DNA of 64,000 nt, from assembly GCA_964187785.1 (NCBI GenBank), contig OZ076421.1:51708001-51772000 (forward strand), written 5' to 3'. Positions 61,701-64,000 of this stretch are shown here, one piece after another. Position numbers and translations under genes: made by a program. This DNA comes from Amphiscolops sp. MND2022 (lineage: Eukaryota). Numbering within the stretch: position 1 is the first letter of the stretch; every line of letters starts with the position of its first letter. Under the pieces are notes generated by a model. The model made no database searches. It saw nothing but the letters and a program-made list of their open reading frames with translations, and was not told the DNA's origin.

Positions 61701-63345
61701 TCGACACCTTCGCTCTTTCAATTTTCTTTTGCTCTATTCTAGCCTTGCGGGCCAACTCTTCTTGTCAGCATTTCACCTAAACGATGCTAGAGTTTTGTCG
61801 CTGCAGCTCAACAAATCAGCTTCGAATCTCTTTGTTCACGTATACGAACGCATCGGGTATTTGAGATTGGTACTTGAGCTTTATTGCATTTTCGAATGCC
61901 TTAATGAGCCGATCTCGCCCGTTTATGGGATCTCTTTGTCGCAACAGTAAATCTGCTATCTGCTTGTTGTCAACATTGCTAGCAAGGTTCTCATCAATGT
62001 TTTTGACAGATTTACCGTGCTCAACTGCTGCATTCCACTAACTCAACGTTTTGGCGTTGTCTGCAGAGTCCTGCAGAAAATTTTCGATTTGTTGACATCG
62101 AGCCTTTTAGGTTCAGCCATCTCGTCACTCCTCGTTTGAATTTAGTTCCCAAAGTCACAATAGCCCAAACTCCCAGAGTCATAATAGCCCAAGCTCCCAG
62201 AGTCACAATAGCCCAATCTCCCAGAGACACAGTGACCCAATATCCCAGACACAGATTAACCCAATCTCCCAGAGACACAGTAGCCCAATATCCCAGAGAC
62301 ATATTAACACAACCACACAGTGTCACATTAGTTCAAACTCCCAGAGGAACAAAAGCAGAGACCCCAAGATTCAGACACTTGCTCTTCTTGAGCAATCTTC
62401 TCGTCTTCAGTTGTCCACCAACGAGTTGTCTTCTTCCTGTCCGGGTCGGCATACCAAATGTAACGGCTGCTTGCCTTTATATTGGGCTGAGGCTTGACAA
62501 GCTTTACGCATCCCTGAACCGTTGCTAAGTACTGTGGACCGTTACTAAACAACTCCTGGTTTTCTTGTCTTAAAGGACTGTATCGTTTGGCTGGTGGGTC
62601 CGATGTCACCCGTAGGAATCTCATGTGATCCCTCTTTGCACTTGTTTGGATCGGATGTGATCCGTTATAGACGTCTCGCACTGGATCTTCACGCGCTCCG
62701 GCTCTCCAACTATGAGAGTTGCTACTTAGTCGCTCTGACTCTATGGAAAACTTGAGAAGATTGAGAACTTGATTAATTATTCTCTATAGCTCTTCAGTCG
62801 TTCAAATCTCTATCTAGTAATGGTATAAATCTGGTTCACATTTCTACAGTAAACACAAGTCAAAATACGTGGTCTAAAGATACAACATTTAGGTGAATTA
62901 TTAAAATTATTGGCTTTGTATATAAATTATGTGGTGGTTTTGGCATGTTGGTTAGGTGGTCGCGAAAGCATGTTTACACAATGTGAATATAATTAATTTC
63001 AACAGAGTTACATTCTAAAGTGGTCATATGGGTAAATAGGAAAATTTACATTTTGGCTCAAATGACCTTGAATATCACACATGTTACGAGTAAATGGGGC
63101 TATATTGGGTGAATGACCTTGAAATTTAGCCGGTGTATCCGTGTTAGGTCCTTGCATATGTGTACCAAGTTTCGTATCTCTCTGTTTAACAGTCTTTGGA
63201 GGAAACCCATTTGGCGTGGTTTGAAGATAAGTCCCCTTGATATTTCTTCAATGTTTCATCAAAGTTTCGAAGAATATAAGTTCTTGTTTCTCAACCAGCA
63301 TGTTCGAACTCGACTTTTTTTGCCTGCAGATGACTGGCGCCAACA
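55799..63345 (-). mobile_element. Full-length but degenerate BEL/Pao LTR retrotransposon with 5-bp TSD GCTGG
   Basis: LTRs at 62459-63345 and 55799-56709 (TG...CA, roughly 85% identical by eye). TSD at 55794-55798 and 63346-63350. PBS-like TGGTATGCCGACCCGGA. PR ALCDSGANPSF; RT; Pao RNase H VFADASVDA..KCRVAPMK; IN GVDYCGPF..SDIGTNFVG; C-terminal ALVKTQDGKLKRPVVKMAPL. Confidence 0.97.
62148..62363. repeat. 24-bp minisatellite (~9 copies) in the BEL 5' leader
   Basis: Consensus CCCAGAG(T/A)CACAATAGCCCAATCT. It creates the spurious ORFs 62021..62326 and 62136..62528. Confidence 0.9.
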
Positions 63346-63485
63346 GCTGGTACGTATTCACAAAATACATAACAACCATAACAACAACTGTACAAATTAC
63401 ATCAATCAAGTTTGTCAATCACTCAGTATGTGTTTTTTAATAAAAGTTTCATGTTGCTTTTTGTTTTCTTTTGAGAACTGTCACA

Positions 63486-64000
63486 CTCCCCTTTTTGATT
63501 CTGGACTTGCTAATCTCTGAAATTGTTGAATTGAATAATGTTGTCAGCTGCTCTGTAAATGTTGGACTTAGAATTGTAGAATTGTATTAGGCTGTGGTTA
63601 TTTGTCATCACTCTAGATGTAGATGATTGCGGGCGTTTCTGGTTCCTGGTTTGTTTCTACATCGTACATCATTATGGGGTTCCATTAAAATTCCGGTGCA
63701 TTCCTATTTCTTTTCGGTCGTTCTGTTACTGAACTATCGTGTTCACTCCCTTCCTCCTACGGATCTAGTTTTGGTTTTTCCCAAGCCACTGTTGCTTGGA
63801 TTGGTGTTTTTCTTTCTGGTTGTTCTTCGTCTTCACCTAATTCTAATATTAGTTATAATATTCGTTAGCCGTTTGAACTCACAGGATATCTTCTTCTGTT
63901 TTTTGGATTTAGTTGGTTGCTTGACTTTACATGGTTCGTTGTTTTTCTGTGAAGATCGCTGTTCACTGTGAAAATGTTGTTCTTCATTATTGCGTTCCCT
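63486..64000 (-). mobile_element. 3' end of pol and PPT of a Mag-like element continuing beyond the window
   Basis: A low-complexity Lys/Arg/Glu tail with RPKRNRNAPEF, then the PPT adjacent to the LTR. Confidence 0.6.

Larger units (their letters stand above)
55643..63485 (-). repeat. 3' LTR (~290 bp: 63485-63351 + 55798-55643) of a Mag-like element, interrupted by the BEL insertion
   Basis: On the minus strand PPT AAAAAGGGGGAG is directly followed by TGTGACAG (63485). The LTR ends ...CTATAACA (55643) once the BEL element and one TSD copy are removed. Confidence 0.65.

Overview
This is AT-rich animal (invertebrate-type) nuclear DNA, not prokaryotic. Most of the window is a nested graveyard of decayed LTR retrotransposons (Ty3/Gypsy, including Mag-like elements, and BEL/Pao). 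It also holds two local tandem duplications, a ~374-bp satellite and foldback/palindromic elements. The only convincing host coding sequence is two + strand, phase-1 spliced exons encoding calcium-binding EGF repeats (51786-51884, 53293-53499). A possible third, C8-like exon lies at 22684-22932. No retroelement ORF is intact. Highlights: (1) a Gypsy element carrying a class III (herpes gB/chuvirus G-like) envelope remnant and an array of six stem-loops in its leader; (2) a second Gypsy lineage with a ~5-kb 3' accessory region holding divergently arranged sense and antisense ORFs, one with a BED/C2H2-like finger; (3) 9 of 10 LTR-element remnants lie on the - strand, antisense to the host exons, as expected for intronic selection or a unistrand piRNA-cluster-like locus. 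All protein assignments come from manual translation and motif recognition without database searches. Identity values are by-eye estimates.
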